From: Rhina ancylostomus
Lineage: Eukaryota
Assembly: GCA_030265395.1 (NCBI GenBank)
Contig: JARFYF010000112.1
Span: forward strand, 13,464,671-13,528,670
Reading direction: 5' to 3'
DNA length: 64,000 bases
Made by a program: the position numbers and the translations under genes. Below the pieces are notes generated by a model that saw only the letters and a program-made list of their open reading frames with translations, was not told the DNA's origin and ran no database searches. Shown in pieces: positions 10,361 through 24,220 of this stretch. The stretch's first letter is position 1, and each line of letters opens with the position of its first letter.

Positions 10361-12890
10361 CTCTGCTTCTGTGCCACTGGTTATTGTGTACAGGCAAGAT
10401 TTTCCCTTAAGGCTTTGTAGAAATGCACAAAATTAATCACAGTGTCATAAATAGATCCACTTTCACTTTTGGGACCAGTGCTTATAATAGATTGCCATCA
10501 GGACACAAAGTACTGTGATATAAGTTATAGAACTGGCTATTTATAATGAGGCTTTGCATTCTTTTCAAATATAACATTAAATCCAGCTGAACAGGGCATT
10601 TGTTTTTATGAGCAGATTAACTAATTTATAACACTGTAAAATTCTTATTCTTCACTTGAGCAAACATGTCAACAGTCACTGAAACCAGAATGACATGAAA
10701 AATACAACACAGAAACAGGCCACTTACTCCAATCTGTTCATGCAAGCATCTTTTCCAGATTCCTTCTTTCATTCTGTCATCGTTGTCCACTATACCCTTC
10801 CCTGTCACCTGCTTATCTAGATTCCTCCAAATGTATTTTTAAACACAAAAGGCACTGAGAGCCGGGGGTGAGAGTGGGAATATGATATTGAGATTGAGGA
10901 TCAGCCATGATTATATGGCAATAGATTGGATGGCAGAGCAGGTTCAAAGATTGGAATAGCTTATTCCTGGTCCTACTCCCCTTTGTTCAATTACTCCCTG
11001 TGGTAGAGTACCATTTTGTCCCCACTCTCTAACATTGAAAACCTCTAGTTTTGCATTATCCACACTTGAAAACACATTTTTTATCCATAGACATAGACTA
11101 TGGGCTTCACTGGCAAATTCACTCGTGAATACTCTAGAAAGGTCACAGTACACAGAAGAAAGAGCAGTGTGAATCAGTGGAGCACAATATGGCAATGTGC
11201 TGCTGACTGAGGAAATCAGCATGAATGCATTTAAGACAGGGAAGGAATAGAAGGATCTACTGACAGGCGAGATGAATCAAAGTGGGAAGAAGGCTTCGCC
11301 GCAGCATAAACACCAATGTGTTAAGCAGAATGGGCATTTCTGTGCTGTGAAACTGTGTAATTCTATACAATTGATAGTTTACAATGTGAGAATGAATAAA
11401 CAATCCTCCTTTTCAAGCAGAGATCATTAGAAATGGATTGCACTCTTTTTTGGTGCACAAAATATGTGCTGTTCACAACACTAATGACCATTTGGATCTC
11501 TGGCTAAATATCATAAATTGGCCAAGAAATTTATACTTATCATGAGCTAAAATGTGACCTGTGTGATTCCCAATGGAGCTGCATGAAAAGTTCTTGATTA
11601 CTGAACCTTTGCCATGCTGATCACTGGGAAGAATGTCAGACCTTAACAGAACTCCTCCCATAGCAACCACAGAAGAGCTGCATAAAAGCCTAGAAAGTAG
11701 CTGAGGGAAAACACAGGGAAATGGAGGGGTGCTCCAGCAAACTCCTGATTATGGCTTCACAAGATCATCTGCCCTGATGAAGTCCTGTGCCCTAAATGAC
11801 CCCACATCACAGTGAGGTGTGGGACAATCAATTAGGCAGAGATTACAGCCTTGACTTTAAAATAAGAAGGCTGCAATCAATGCTCAAACAACCGGCAATG
11901 AGGTTTCAAATATCTTCTGCACTGAAAACTGAGGCTCAGAGATGCAATGTGTGAGGCATAGATGTCAGAATGGAGACCCATTAATTGATGTCTCATTGGC
12001 AATCCCAGCATGATGTGTTTCTAGTTATTTTCTGTAACTTTTCAATGATGATTATAAATTGCACCCATGTTGTGGAAAAGCATGGGGCTACCACGTGCCA
12101 CGTGTTAGGCTAGCAGAGTAAACCATTGTTCACCTTGTCGGNNNNNNNNNNNNNNNNNNNNNNNNNNNNNNNNNNNNNNNNNNNNNNNNNNNNNNNNNNN
12201 NNNNNNNNNNNNNNNNNNNNNNNNNNNNNNNNNNNNNNNNNTTCTCCTTGTTAGTAAACCAGACTGTGTCCAGAATCCTTAATACTCTCAAGACCCACAC
12301 GAACCATTTCCAGGAACAACCCAATAGCTCCAATGTCTGCAATGTATGGGAGAAGACAAGTGATGCATGAATAGTGACATCATTAGGCACAATGGCTGAC
12401 CCTGGAAGAAGTTTGGATGCACAAAGGTGAATTTCACACAGAAGTAGCTGGGCCAGTTTCCCAATAGGTGCAATGATCATTAGTGCGATCTAACCCAGGT
12501 TAAATCACTTATATGCATAATTCACATATGAGAAGCAGGCACTAATGGATCTAATTTCTAGACTAGAATGATTTAAAACAAACTGAAAAAAAACTGCAGA
12601 TGGTGAAAGTCTGAATCAAATGCAAATATACAGGAAAAGCTGAACAGAAAGGAATTGGCTTTGAAGCATATGGCACTTTTGAAATGTTTAAACATGGTTT
12701 GGTATGCCCAAATAGTTTAACTACATGCTTCCCATTTCACTGGATGTGAAGCATTAGAGAATATTGGGAATTGATCCTAAAAATGCCAATTGTGAAGTTT
12801 CAGTAAAGCACACCACGGTAAAAGTGATTGGTTCTCATGGTGCAAACAGAGCAAATGGGAACATTGAAAGTGAACACTGATTGTACTCAC

Positions 12891-13096
12891 AAAGCCTTGA
12901 TATTTTTCCTGCATGGGACATTGCTTCTTGCACATGTTCCAGTTAGTTTATCCACATCTTCCACAATAACAAAGGGAGTTTCTTCCAACGTTACAACGCT
13001 TAGGTGGCTGTCATCTGCCTCGCCATCTGCATAGGAATTAAATCTTGGCCACACAGGATATTTCAGGGCCAGGCTATGGTTTTCCCATTTCCCGAC
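12891..13096 (-). CDS. GRIN2A: GluN2A exon (206 bp, equivalent to human exon 5), ATD-S1 linker and start of S1
   Basis: Acceptor acAG|GTC and donor |GTGAGT. Encodes [64 protein letters not shown]. Confidence 0.96.
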
Positions 13097-13169
13097 CTGT
13101 AAGAGGAAGGTATCAAAGTCATTCATGTGTTGGCTCAAGTTTCCCTAGCAGAAGGCAAGTTTTGCCAAC

Positions 13170-13690
13170 AGATACTTGCATTTAGGTAGCACCTTTAATG
13201 TAGTAATATGGTCCATGGTGCTGCACAGAAGCAATATCAAATACAATTTTTGCCCAAACTACCCAATGAACTATCAGTGCATATAATCAAAAGCTTGGGC
13301 AAAAAGAAAGATTTTAAGGAGCTTCTGAGCGGAGGAAGGATTTGTAGAGCTCAAGAGCTTAGATAACTGGAGGTACAGACATCAATGATGAAATGATAAG
13401 GAATAGTCTGATTGGAGCAGTGGAGTGATCTTGGAGGTTTTATTGCTGGAGGAGTCTACTGAGATAGGGAGGAGCAAGTGCTTGTTAATGTGGAATAGTG
13501 TAAATTTTCTGCCACTGTGTTTTCTGACATTGCTGTGTTGCAATCATACTGACATTTCTGAAAAGAAGTATCAACAGTAAGCCATTGAAGTTGAAGTAAG
13601 CCCCAGACTAATGTGCATACACTGTGAAACATAGAACACCGAATCTGACAGTGGAGCCCAGTCTTACTGAGATTCTTCAGCATTATGCCG
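13170..13690 (-). mobile_element. Degraded L2-like LINE 3' end
   Basis: Begins with the acttgcattt...agcacctttaatgtagt tail also seen at ~52075 and ~53435, followed by ttttaaggagcttctgagcggaggaagg. Confidence 0.55.
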
Positions 13691-14859
13691 GGTTATAAGC
13701 TCTCAGGTCTTGTCTTTGGTTAGATATCCTTTGACTTCATGGGCAATGATCTAGGATGCACATGGATAAGTTACACTTTTAAATTATTTTCTTTAAGTTT
13801 AATGCTTTTTTAAATTTTGAATTAATCTTTTAAAATGTTTAATTCTTTACAAAAATACTGACTTTTGTTTTACCTAGTCAAAGATACTTAAAAATTGTTA
13901 AAATTAATCACAGATTTATAGCTGGCAAAGCCCCATCATCAGCTTCCCCAATGTCAAAGGCTTTATTTTGAAGATGGGCCCTCCACCCTGCACTTATTGA
14001 GATTGCTTCAAAATTCCCCTCCCTGACCTTATCCAATACTGGGAAATAAATGGTAGAAAGATGGGGCAAGTGGCCTTCTTAAGCACTAAATACGTCTCTG
14101 CTTTCATCACAAGGATATATCTGGGTAAAGACATTTGACCTGCTGTATTTTATTGCAATATTTGTAAATTAAATTTGTCTTTTTACCTGCCTTATCTGCA
14201 GCCGAAAATTAACACAGATTATCATTCTTAGAGATGACTCTTTGACCTTTGTACTTGAAGACCCAACTTTGACTTATTCCTCTTTATGTCTCCAAGTGGG
14301 AACACTTGTTTGAATTTCCAGGCGAGAAGAAGACAATAAAAGCTTAGTTCACTGCTTTTTGTAATTATAACACAGAGGCGTAAATTTAGGAATCAAGGTC
14401 TTTGGGGAGGTCAGATATCATATTTCAAAGGGATGGGTTAATCAGCCAATGTTGGCATGGATGATAGATTGCATTCAACTAATTGAACTTGAAGGAACCA
14501 CATTGGCTTAGTGAGGGTTGTGAAAACGAGATGCCTGGTGTTTGAAAGTCACTTGAGAGAGGTCTGCAAAAGGATTTGTGAAAATTTCAAAACTATAGAT
14601 AATTACTGCAGGAGCATACATTTAGGAGTCCAGAGAAAATAATGCAGTGGCTGCATTACTCAGGTGGCTACTAAAACCAAATCAATCATGAAATAAAGGC
14701 TGCAAAATGCAATATTTAAACAAACATTAAACAAAAACAATAATAAAGGCATTGTGTCAGGATCAAAACCAAGAGCTCTGGTGTAGAGCCAACAATTACA
14801 CAATGGGGAATGGACTGAGGGGTTTATCTATGCTAAAGCTCGAGGACTTCCCAATCTTG

Positions 14860-15875
14860 CAGTATCTGACTAGAAATCTGTAACAAGTGGTGCACCACAT
14901 GACCAACACTGGAACCTTTGTTGTTTGTAATATATATAAATGACTTGCATGGAAATGTAGGGTGTATGATTGATAAGTCTGCAGGTGGCACATAAATTAG
15001 TGGAGTTACAGATAGCAAAGAAGATTGTTATGGATATATTGGGATATAGATCAGCTGGAAAGTTGGGCAGAGAAATGGCAGGTGGAATTTAATCCAGGCA
15101 TGTGGGATAATACATTTTTGGAAGTCAAATTCTATTAGAACATATAGAGTAAATTGCAGGAACCTTAAGAGCATTGATGTACAGAGAGACCTTGGTGGCA
15201 AGTTCATAGCTCCCTAAAAGTGGCAACACAGGTGGTTAGGGTAGTGAAAAAGCATTTGGCATGCTTGCCCTCATAGGCTGAGGCACTGAGTATAAGAGTT
15301 GGGATGTCATGTTGTAGCTATACAAAGTATTAGTCAGACCACACTGAGAGTATTGTGTACAGTTCTGGTCGCCACTCTACAGGAAGGATGTGGTAGCAAT
15401 AGAGAGAGTATAGAAAAGATTCACCAGAATGTTGCGTGTAATGGAGGGCTGTAGTTACAAGGGGAGATTGAATAGGCTGGGTTTATTCTCACTGGAACAT
15501 AGGGGCTGAGGGGTGATCTTACAGAGGTCTACAAAATTATGAAGATCATCAGAATCTTTGTCCTAGAGCAGGCGAGTCTAGAACTAGAGGGCACAGATTT
15601 AAGCTGAGAGGGGAGAAATTTAAAGGAGATCTGAGGGTAAAGTTTTTCACATAGTGGGTGGTGAATATCTTGAATGAGCTGCCAGAGGAGGTAGTGGAGG
15701 CAGATCCTATTATAATGTTTAAAAGGCATCTGGACAGGTATTTGGATTAGTAAGGAGTGGAGAGATATGGTCCTAATGCAGGCAGATGGGATTAGCAAAG
15801 ATAGATATCACAGTTGGTATGGACCAGTTGGGCCATAAGGGTCTGTTTCTGTGCTGTAGGTTTCTATGATTATGT
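14860..15875 (+). mobile_element. CR1 LINE ORF2 3' ~1 kb, decayed
   Basis: LLFVIYINDL, YKVLVRPH..YCVQFWSPLYRKDVVAIERV and TRGHRFKLRG motifs, with a ttctatgattatg tail. Confidence 0.92.
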
Positions 15876-16239
15876 GCTATTATGATTGAACATCCAAGAT
15901 TCCTGTTAGCTGCTTCAGCATCGATGGGTCACACTGCTTTACTTCCAATATTGTGCATACCCTGTGTGGTTTTAACACATACAAATGGATCCAGATAAAC
16001 ACCTTCAATAAATATTGTACTTGGTTCAAGGCCACTATAGACAGNNNNNNNNNNCAGTAGTTCTTGCCCTGGATTAATAATTCAAACTGAGCAACATCAT
16101 AAGACAATATACCATCTGTGTAATTTTACAGTATCCTTTCTGACTATGATCCTGTCTACATTCTTGTCACATTGTTTTGTGTTCAATTTTTGCCATTACA
16201 ATCTCTCAAGTCTATGATTAGTATGAATATATAGTTTTT

Positions 16240-16570
16240 ATATCACTGGACCAGTAATCTCGAGCTCTAGATTATTGATCCAGAGAAGTGAATTCAGATC
16301 CCATCAAAGTATCTGGGGAATTTAAATTCAAGTAATTAAATATATCTGGAATAAAAGAAATCTTGTGACAAAAACATTCAATTGTTGCAAAATCCCTCTG
16401 GTTAATTGATGTCCACCGAGGAATGAGGTCTGCTGCATCTATGCAGTCTGGCCTTTGATTCCAGATACATAAGCAATACCCTCCGAAATGGCTCAGCAGA
16501 GGCAATTAGGGATGCAAATCAAGTGCACTACTTGCCATCAATGACTACATCCCACACATGAATTAAAAGA
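16240..16570 (+). mobile_element. tRNA-derived SINE, second family
   Basis: cactggaccagtaatc...gaatttaaattcaagtaatt...ggcaattagggatg...acatcccacacatgaattaaaa; homologous to 56180-56530. Confidence 0.65.
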
Positions 16571-19500
16571 CAGTGATTTTCTCCATTGTCCTATATTGGT
16601 CAATCTTCATAATTATACTGTTCCTTGGAGAGTAAATAACCTACTCCCATCCTGATAGTCCAAGTGGACCAAGTTTCGCTTGCTCGTTGCATTGGAATAC
16701 CAAGTGAGTGATATACACAAAATGATTTCTCCTTACAAGTAATCTGGCTGGAATAGTTAAAATCTACCATTTCTAGCCTCTGTTTTAAATATTTTATTTT
16801 TTCCATCACTGCGTTTTTGGAAAGGTAGAGCATACTGAATGTATCTCTGCCTTAGGCGCAGCATTAATATTCACCAGTGTTTGTGCTTACCACCATCAGC
16901 ACTGACCCTGCCCTGCTGTGGAAAGGTGGTTTTGCCCAGTGTAGGGAAACAACTCTCAATTTACATGATCTTCTGACCTTTCGAGCTGACTTCCTCTGTG
17001 TGCCTCTGAATTTGGCAAGTTATAGATATTTCCATTTTAAAGTACTGATCTTACCTCAAGGCAAGACTCATGTGGCCATAGATCAAGGTGCAGTTTAATT
17101 TCCCCCAGTTGATAATAGCACAAATTTGGGAGAGTTTATCTACCATGTTAGATCTGTACAGTGGCCCAGGCCAACAAAAGCAGGCTTCCCACAAAAGCAG
17201 AATGCTTGGGAGGTTGGGAACACTGTCAGAAACCAGAGGGTCAGGCACTCAGCTTGGATGGGAAGGTGCTGACTGATGGACTAGGAGACAAGGAGATGTG
17301 AGGCACAAGAGATCTACACCACCCTTGTGGAGAGCTCAGCATCTATCCTCACTACCTCAGTCCCGGAAGGAAAATATTATATTTTATTTTATTTGCAGTT
17401 TCGTAGCAACTGTCCCATTAAATTGGCCTGGAAGAAAGCATGAATGGCTTCTCCAGGGAGGCCTCCACTCATACTGCACAATGATGCCTTTAGTACAAGA
17501 AGGACTCAGCTGGCCTCAGCACAGCATTCCTCTCTCCTGAGGATGATAGTAATATTGGATCCTGAGGGACCTTCACAACTACACCTCACCAGCAATTTTG
17601 CTGGTCCCATATCAGCTTCCCAAGAATTTAAACAAGTATCAATTCAATGAACTAAAGAAAGGAGGAGATTAAATTTATGGAACACGTGGGCCTAGGTCCC
17701 ACTCTTCATTTTGACTCGCCAAGGCTCCAGTTCCCATGCTATCTTTGTGTACCAGGTTCCCTGGAAAATTAATTATTACTCTGAAACATCAAAATAAAGT
17801 AAATTAAAAGTGTATTAGGGCAGTAATAGGAATAAAACCCAAGAGTCTGGAAAGTCTGTCAGTCCACCACTGCCAAAGTCCTGAGAGGGTTGATTATCGG
17901 AGTTTTATCATGGATGGCAGTTTCCTGCAGAACTACCCATGTAAAGGCCCACAAGTTTGAACATGGAAATTCAAAGATTGCCTGCTGCTCTTTGCTGGTG
18001 TTTTCCCAAGTGTGTTCAAACTTTGCACTCATGGACCCCACTGGGTACTTCACTTTTGCACCACCCATTCTGCATTTCCACCAAAGACCAATCTCATGCC
18101 CAGGGTGTTCTCTAGTCACAGTGCAGAGTTACAAACAGCGGTACAGACAGGGGCACCTGAACAAGATGAAACCTACTGAGCCATATCCGGACAGTGAAAG
18201 GACAGAAAAAACAAACTGACCTAGAGCATATCTAAACATTTTTGCAAATCATCAACAACGCTGCATACTGACCATCCCTCAGTATCATTTGTAGTGATAC
18301 ATGATGAATAAGATACACAACAAATTTAAGATAAGCCTCACAATCTGCATGAATGTACAATTAAATGAATAATGCAGATACGGAACAGTCTTTTTGTGGA
18401 GATTAAAATACTCTTGGCCAGCCAACGACATAGCAATGGATTGCTGCTGACCCAATTCTATAATGCTGGAGAAGCAGGTGCAATAATGTGTACAAGACTT
18501 ATACAACAAATGCTCCTGCAGTCAGGTGATCTCTTAGCAACAAAAATTTAAATGTTCTGCTCATCAAGAGATGTGGTGACAGTGATAAAGAAGGAAAAGT
18601 AAGTGACCTACTTTTCATCCACTGTCAGTAGTCTATGGCCATTGTGATAAATGTAGTGAAAGAAAGAACATGGCCTAGAAATCCTTCTGCATGGTGGAAA
18701 GACAAATTAATTCAGCAGTGCACAGGAGGCTCCTGAAGGTTTGTCAAAAGCCTGCTAGTGCTAAGTTGTATAATGCAAAAGACCCAGGATGCTGCATTTT
18801 AGATTGGGCTCTCTGCATATGAAGAGGACAAACAGATAGGTCATGGATACAGGTCATGGTTATGGGGATGGTGGTGGGAGGAGAAGTCCAAGATAGGTGT
18901 TGTGTGAGGGCATTATATAGGTGAAAACTGTGACCTTGAGGGTTGAGAAGAGTTGGGTCAAATTGGTGGGGCAGGATGAAGATTGGCTACAGAGGGGTGG
19001 GTATGGTCAGATTTGCATTTAATACTGGGGGTTAACGTAAGGGTTGGGTTCTTAGTTGGGGTGGGGACAATCAAAACAGTGGCATGAGGAACCAAGTCAC
19101 AAATGGGGTGGGGGTGGTAGAAGGGACAAAGTAATAAACAAGGGAAGCGCACATGATCAGAATGTAGGGGGGGTGTGAGCAAAGGTTCAAAGGTTCAATT
19201 ATTGGTTGGGGAGGGGAAGGACCAAAGTCACGACTGGTGTGGGTGGGCATCCCAGCTGGGTGATGGAAGGCTTGAGAGAGCACCTTCATGAGGGAATAAG
19301 AGTTAAATTTAGAGGATTTTTAAGTAGTGACACAACGGATCTCACTTGTGTTTTGAAGATCTGCATGAGGGCCCAACATCACCATGTGTTGGCGTGGTAG
19401 TTGTCTCAAAGATCTTATTGAAAACTGAGGATTTTGTGAACCTCACTGTAAGTTCCCTATTTTCATTCACAACCATGCTATTGCTGAAATTGTACTGTGT

Positions 19501-20639
19501 TTCTCATTTAAATGATGTACAATGCAATAGATTTTATGAGCCATGTATTGTACCTTTCATAAACTCAGGACGTGCCAAAGTGTTTTATAGCCACTAGAGT
19601 ACCTTTGAAGTGCATTTGCAACACTTTCATGCTGCCAACAATACTGTGCACAAGATTCCACACAGGGACAATGATGTGTTTTCAGGAATCTTGTATAAGG
19701 GAGAAATATTAACCAGAACAAGTGAAATAATGCTCCCATTCTTCTTTGAATAGTGCCATAGGAGGTGGATTTAAAAGATCCGATGCTTTAAGTCTCTCCT
19801 AAAAGCTAACGTGTCATAACGCAAGCAGCCTTGTTTGGAATAAAGGTGCAATTATCTAAATATTTAATCTCAGAATATAAGAGGTAAAGATCAACTCTAC
19901 TGTGGGGAAAAATACTAAAGTTCAAGCCGCTTTGATTTCCCTCTCCCACTCTCCTGACCAACAGTAAGAAGGTTAACATTTTAATTTGTGCAACATTTAG
20001 AAAGCACCAGTACACCAAATTATGCCAGATAGCAGGAGTTGTGCTGACACCCACTGCTCCAGCTCAATCCGCATCCTGAGCCTCAGCCTGTCACTAAACA
20101 CCCACGCTGATGGGAGAAATTACCAGCTGGTATGGTAACCAGCCATTAATTGCTGATTTTGTCAGTTTTGATTGCCTCTCCTGGGCAGTCTGTTTCAAAT
20201 TGCTATTTCTCTGCTAAGTATTCTACCTGATGAGGCCATTCACCTTAGCTGTCCTGTATCATATCTTTATTCCTCTGGGACACTGTAAGTGGTATCTCAG
20301 GGTTTAAGTTGTCGATTAGCTTCTTCCAAGTTTCTGAAATCACTTCTTGTATCCAAGGTTTCTGAGGGGAAGTATCATATTGCAGCACATTACTGTTCCT
20401 TTTCTGTACCATAACATCTTATCTGTAATATATATTACCAGAACAGTGTACAATATTCTAAACTGTTACTTGTAACTTCTACCATGAGGACCCAAGTGAG
20501 TTCTGAAGCCTTGGCAGATAGGTTTTGAGAGGCAGAAGACAAAACAGAAACAGCAAGGTATGGATCAGCCATACCAAGTGCCTTCAAGCTAACATCTCTG
20601 CTTTTCATTTCCCAGATGTGACATTCTTTGCCTTCCCAC

Positions 20640-21055
20640 TCAGATTTGATTACGGGATGGAGGGGTTGTCTCAAGAGGAAAGACTGAATAAAGTGGACTT
20701 TTACTTTCTGGATTTTAGAAGAATAAGAGGTGATCTTATTGAAACAAGATTCTAAAGGGATTAGCTGAGGTGGATGATAGAGGGAATCTAAAATCAGGAG
20801 CATAGTCAAAGAAACTGATGGTCGCACATTACTTATGAGATTAGAAGGGATTTCTTCTCTCAGAGAATTATGAATCTTTAGAATTCTCTGCTCTAGAGAA
20901 CTGTGAATGATGAGCTATTGAAAATAGTCAAGGCTGAGAGAGGTAGATTCTTGGACTACAAGGGAATCAAGGTTTATGGAGATCAGGCAATGAAGTGAAG
21001 TGGAGACCAACAGTCATGTCAGATCAGGCTGCTCCTATTTCTTTTATTCTTATCG
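20640..21055 (+). mobile_element. CR1 LINE 3' end, decayed
   Basis: GMEGLSQEERLNKVDFYFLDFRRIRGDLIET and ttcttctctcagaga...tgaatctt; ctgctcctatttctt tail. Confidence 0.85.
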
Positions 21056-23845
21056 GCAACCTGCCATTTTGAAGTATTTTGTTCTTTATTCTAATCTCAT
21101 TGGTGCATTTGACACTTTTCCACTGTCAGAGTACTACTGAGAACAACCCAGCATTGCTTGTTTAAACTGTTGAAGAATGCACTATGTTCATGAATGAATT
21201 TAGGCTGGTTGAAAGGCAAATGAGGAAACATTGCAATTATGGTCAGCCTCCCCTAAGTCTGAGGTGGTGAAAACTGCTGATGTTTGAACTGCTGCAGAAA
21301 AATTGTTTTGAAAATCAGTGGAACATTTCTCATGTTCTATACATTTTTTCCTAGTCATTAGATTTTCTATATACCAAATGTTTGCAGAGGATGGATTGAG
21401 CTCTCCTAAGAAGAATTGCATGTTTGTCTTTGTATTTTTAAAATCTTGCTGAGTGAAGCTAAAGCACTTCTGAATATTTTAAGCTGTCAGCCAATTTGGA
21501 AATAGAATTGGTATGAATATTGTACTATAGCATCTCTTACCAAAGTCTTTCTGTGCCTGTGTATTATTTTACCTGTAATTAATTCTAATGTTTAATTTAG
21601 GCTTTAAACTGTATCTCATAGCATTTTCCAACTGGACTGCAGAGTTTGCAAATGGCAGAAACAGAGTGTGCAAATGTCAGCCCTATGGTAAAGAATAAAA
21701 CATGATGGAGAATAATCTGCTCAAAACGATATTTATAGGGGAATAATTAATGCCACTTTCTAGAGTCTGTGCAGACAACGTTTGCCAGCATAACAACCAC
21801 AACAATAACTTGTACTTCCAAGTTAGCTCAATGTGACCAGTACACACCTTTGAGCAGGTAACTGCAAAAGCATGTTGTCTCCCTTTTACAGTACCTAACT
21901 AAGCAAATAAGAACTAGCCTTCTTTATAACATTTGCACCATTATCTGTATTGGTTTCCTGCTCAAGCAGTGAAGGTCGACAATTACACACACAAAGAGAA
22001 AGGCTATTGACCCCTGTTCAATCTGAAAAGATATTAAATGCAGGCAGAATTTACTTAAAGTGTGTCCTAACCAAAATTAAGGGCAGAATTTCAACCAAAG
22101 AACATGGCAGCTTTCTACTTCTTGCAAAACTGAATCTGACCTCATTGAGGGAGATTTTCTGCTGCCTCCAAAATCAACAGCTGCCTGACCCTGGGCGATG
22201 CTGTTTGTTCTTGTGTGCCCCGGTGCAGTTTTCCAATGAGTGTGGCTCTTCACATCATAGGGCCGACCCCAGCGATGTCAGCTGGCTTCCTCACAGAGTG
22301 GCTATAACAGCTACTGAGACTATACTGCCCTGATCCCTCACCCCCACTCTTTACTCCAGACTCATGAGCCATCAAAACCGTCTGTCTGTTTGGGGCTATT
22401 GAATGTTTGTAAATGTCATCCAGTAACACCCAAGCTGAATAAAGAAAAACCAAAATCTTGGTGATTTATTTTCTTGCACTTGAAACTCTCAAAAACACAT
22501 CCACACACTAAAAATCAATTTGAATATTGAAATTAGCTTAATTAATATCAAAAACCTTTCCTCCAGTGTTTGATATCTGCCATTCATCTGAATGGGGACT
22601 GCTCCTCAGCACAATCTCAGAAGACACGAGTCCCAGCTTGAGCTGGAAATTCTGCTGAGATTCATGCTGTCCTGCTGGACTCCACCAGAGCAGCACAGGA
22701 ATAGAGATAGCCAGCTTCAGCTGACACCAGCATGACAACCAAAATTTACACTGGGTTACCAGACAGGATCCTGGATAAATCCAGAATTAAGAGCTGATGC
22801 AGGGGCAGAAGAGCTGTCCCACTGCAAAATAACCATTAATGCACTTAAAATGGCTGAACAGCCCAAACACACTAACAAACCCAGTCAAGGAACTGCTAAC
22901 TGGATATTTTGTACTATTCATTTGGTTATCCAGACTATACACTGACTTGCTCATTAAAATCTGAGAGGTGGTAAAAAGACAATTGACAGTCATTTAGTCC
23001 AATTTCATCTTTAGCAATACATGATTATTAACACATGAAATTAGATTTATGTTAATTTTTCTGAAACTCTCAAAATAATTACTTTTGCTTTGCCCTTCTA
23101 TCCTAATAATTTTTTTCCCCTCTTTGTTTTAGGAGTCATATCACAACATCACATTTAGGTGATTTCCATCTAATCAGGAAACATTAAACATCATCCGTTG
23201 CCAAAACCATTAATGATGTTGACCAGGAATGTGTAGTTCTCTCTCCCCAAGTAATTTATTTGGAGTAAAAAAAAGATATCACCCTCAAGGCAGTTTCAGG
23301 ATACATTTAATCTTGTCAGCAGTTCCTCATGCAAATATTTTAAATGAAATTCTAATGTACAAATTATTAAGTGTAGTGATTTAATAAGGACCATTACTGA
23401 AGGATTCCACCTACTAGTGGCTCATTCACATGCAAATCACATTCATTACAATTTTGTTGGTTACGTGTACCATTGCTCCCAACAATAATTTATTTAGATG
23501 ATAGATATTTCTCTCTCTGCAATGCTTGAGCAGAAAATTGTGTCTGTAGTAATGTTAAGCAGCACCACATAAATTTATGTTCTCCTAATGGTATTTGTCC
23601 AGTTTATACGAGAGCACAAAAGTGATAAAATAAACTCATTGTCGAGTGTAATTATAATCACTGAGTCTTTCTCTCAGAGCAGATAGCAAATGAGACAGAC
23701 TAAATCATCTGCCCACATATGTTAAAATTCAGCTTGAATCAGAAATTGAAGACTGGCACAGCAGTACCTGACAGTTAAGCACTGAGGCAAAGAAATGTTT
23801 TAAAATGCATTGCACTTACAAGCAGCTTGTAGCAGTATGTTTGAC

Positions 23846-24220
23846 TTGGCTCACCGGCAGCATTCTCACTTTGGAGTTTGAAGGTTGCAGGTTCAAATCC
23901 CACTCCAGAGATCTGAGAGTATAACTCAGGCTGCATTGATTTTAGCAGCAGTGCTGTCTTTTTAAAGAGATGTTGATCTGAGATTCCATCCTCTCTGGCT
24001 ATCTCATGAAAAGATCTTTCCTAGTTACCTTAACTAAGATTGTCACTCTTGAAAGGACACCAAGATAGATAATGTGGTCATTTATATCATTGTTATTTGT
24101 GAGGCCTTGCTATGCACACGTTGGATGCATGTCGTTTCCTTAAATTAGGTGTAAAACTGTACCTCAAAAATACTTTATTGGCTGTAGAGCACTGAGGTCT
24201 TGTCCTGAGGTCTGAAATAT
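23846..24220 (+). mobile_element. SacSINE1/Deu-SINE-like SINE, near full length
   Basis: tggctcaccggcagcattctcactttggag...aaggttgcaggttcaaatcccactccagaga head, gtcatttatatcattgttatttgtgaggccttgctatgcac core, tactttattggctgtagagcact tail. Confidence 0.75.
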
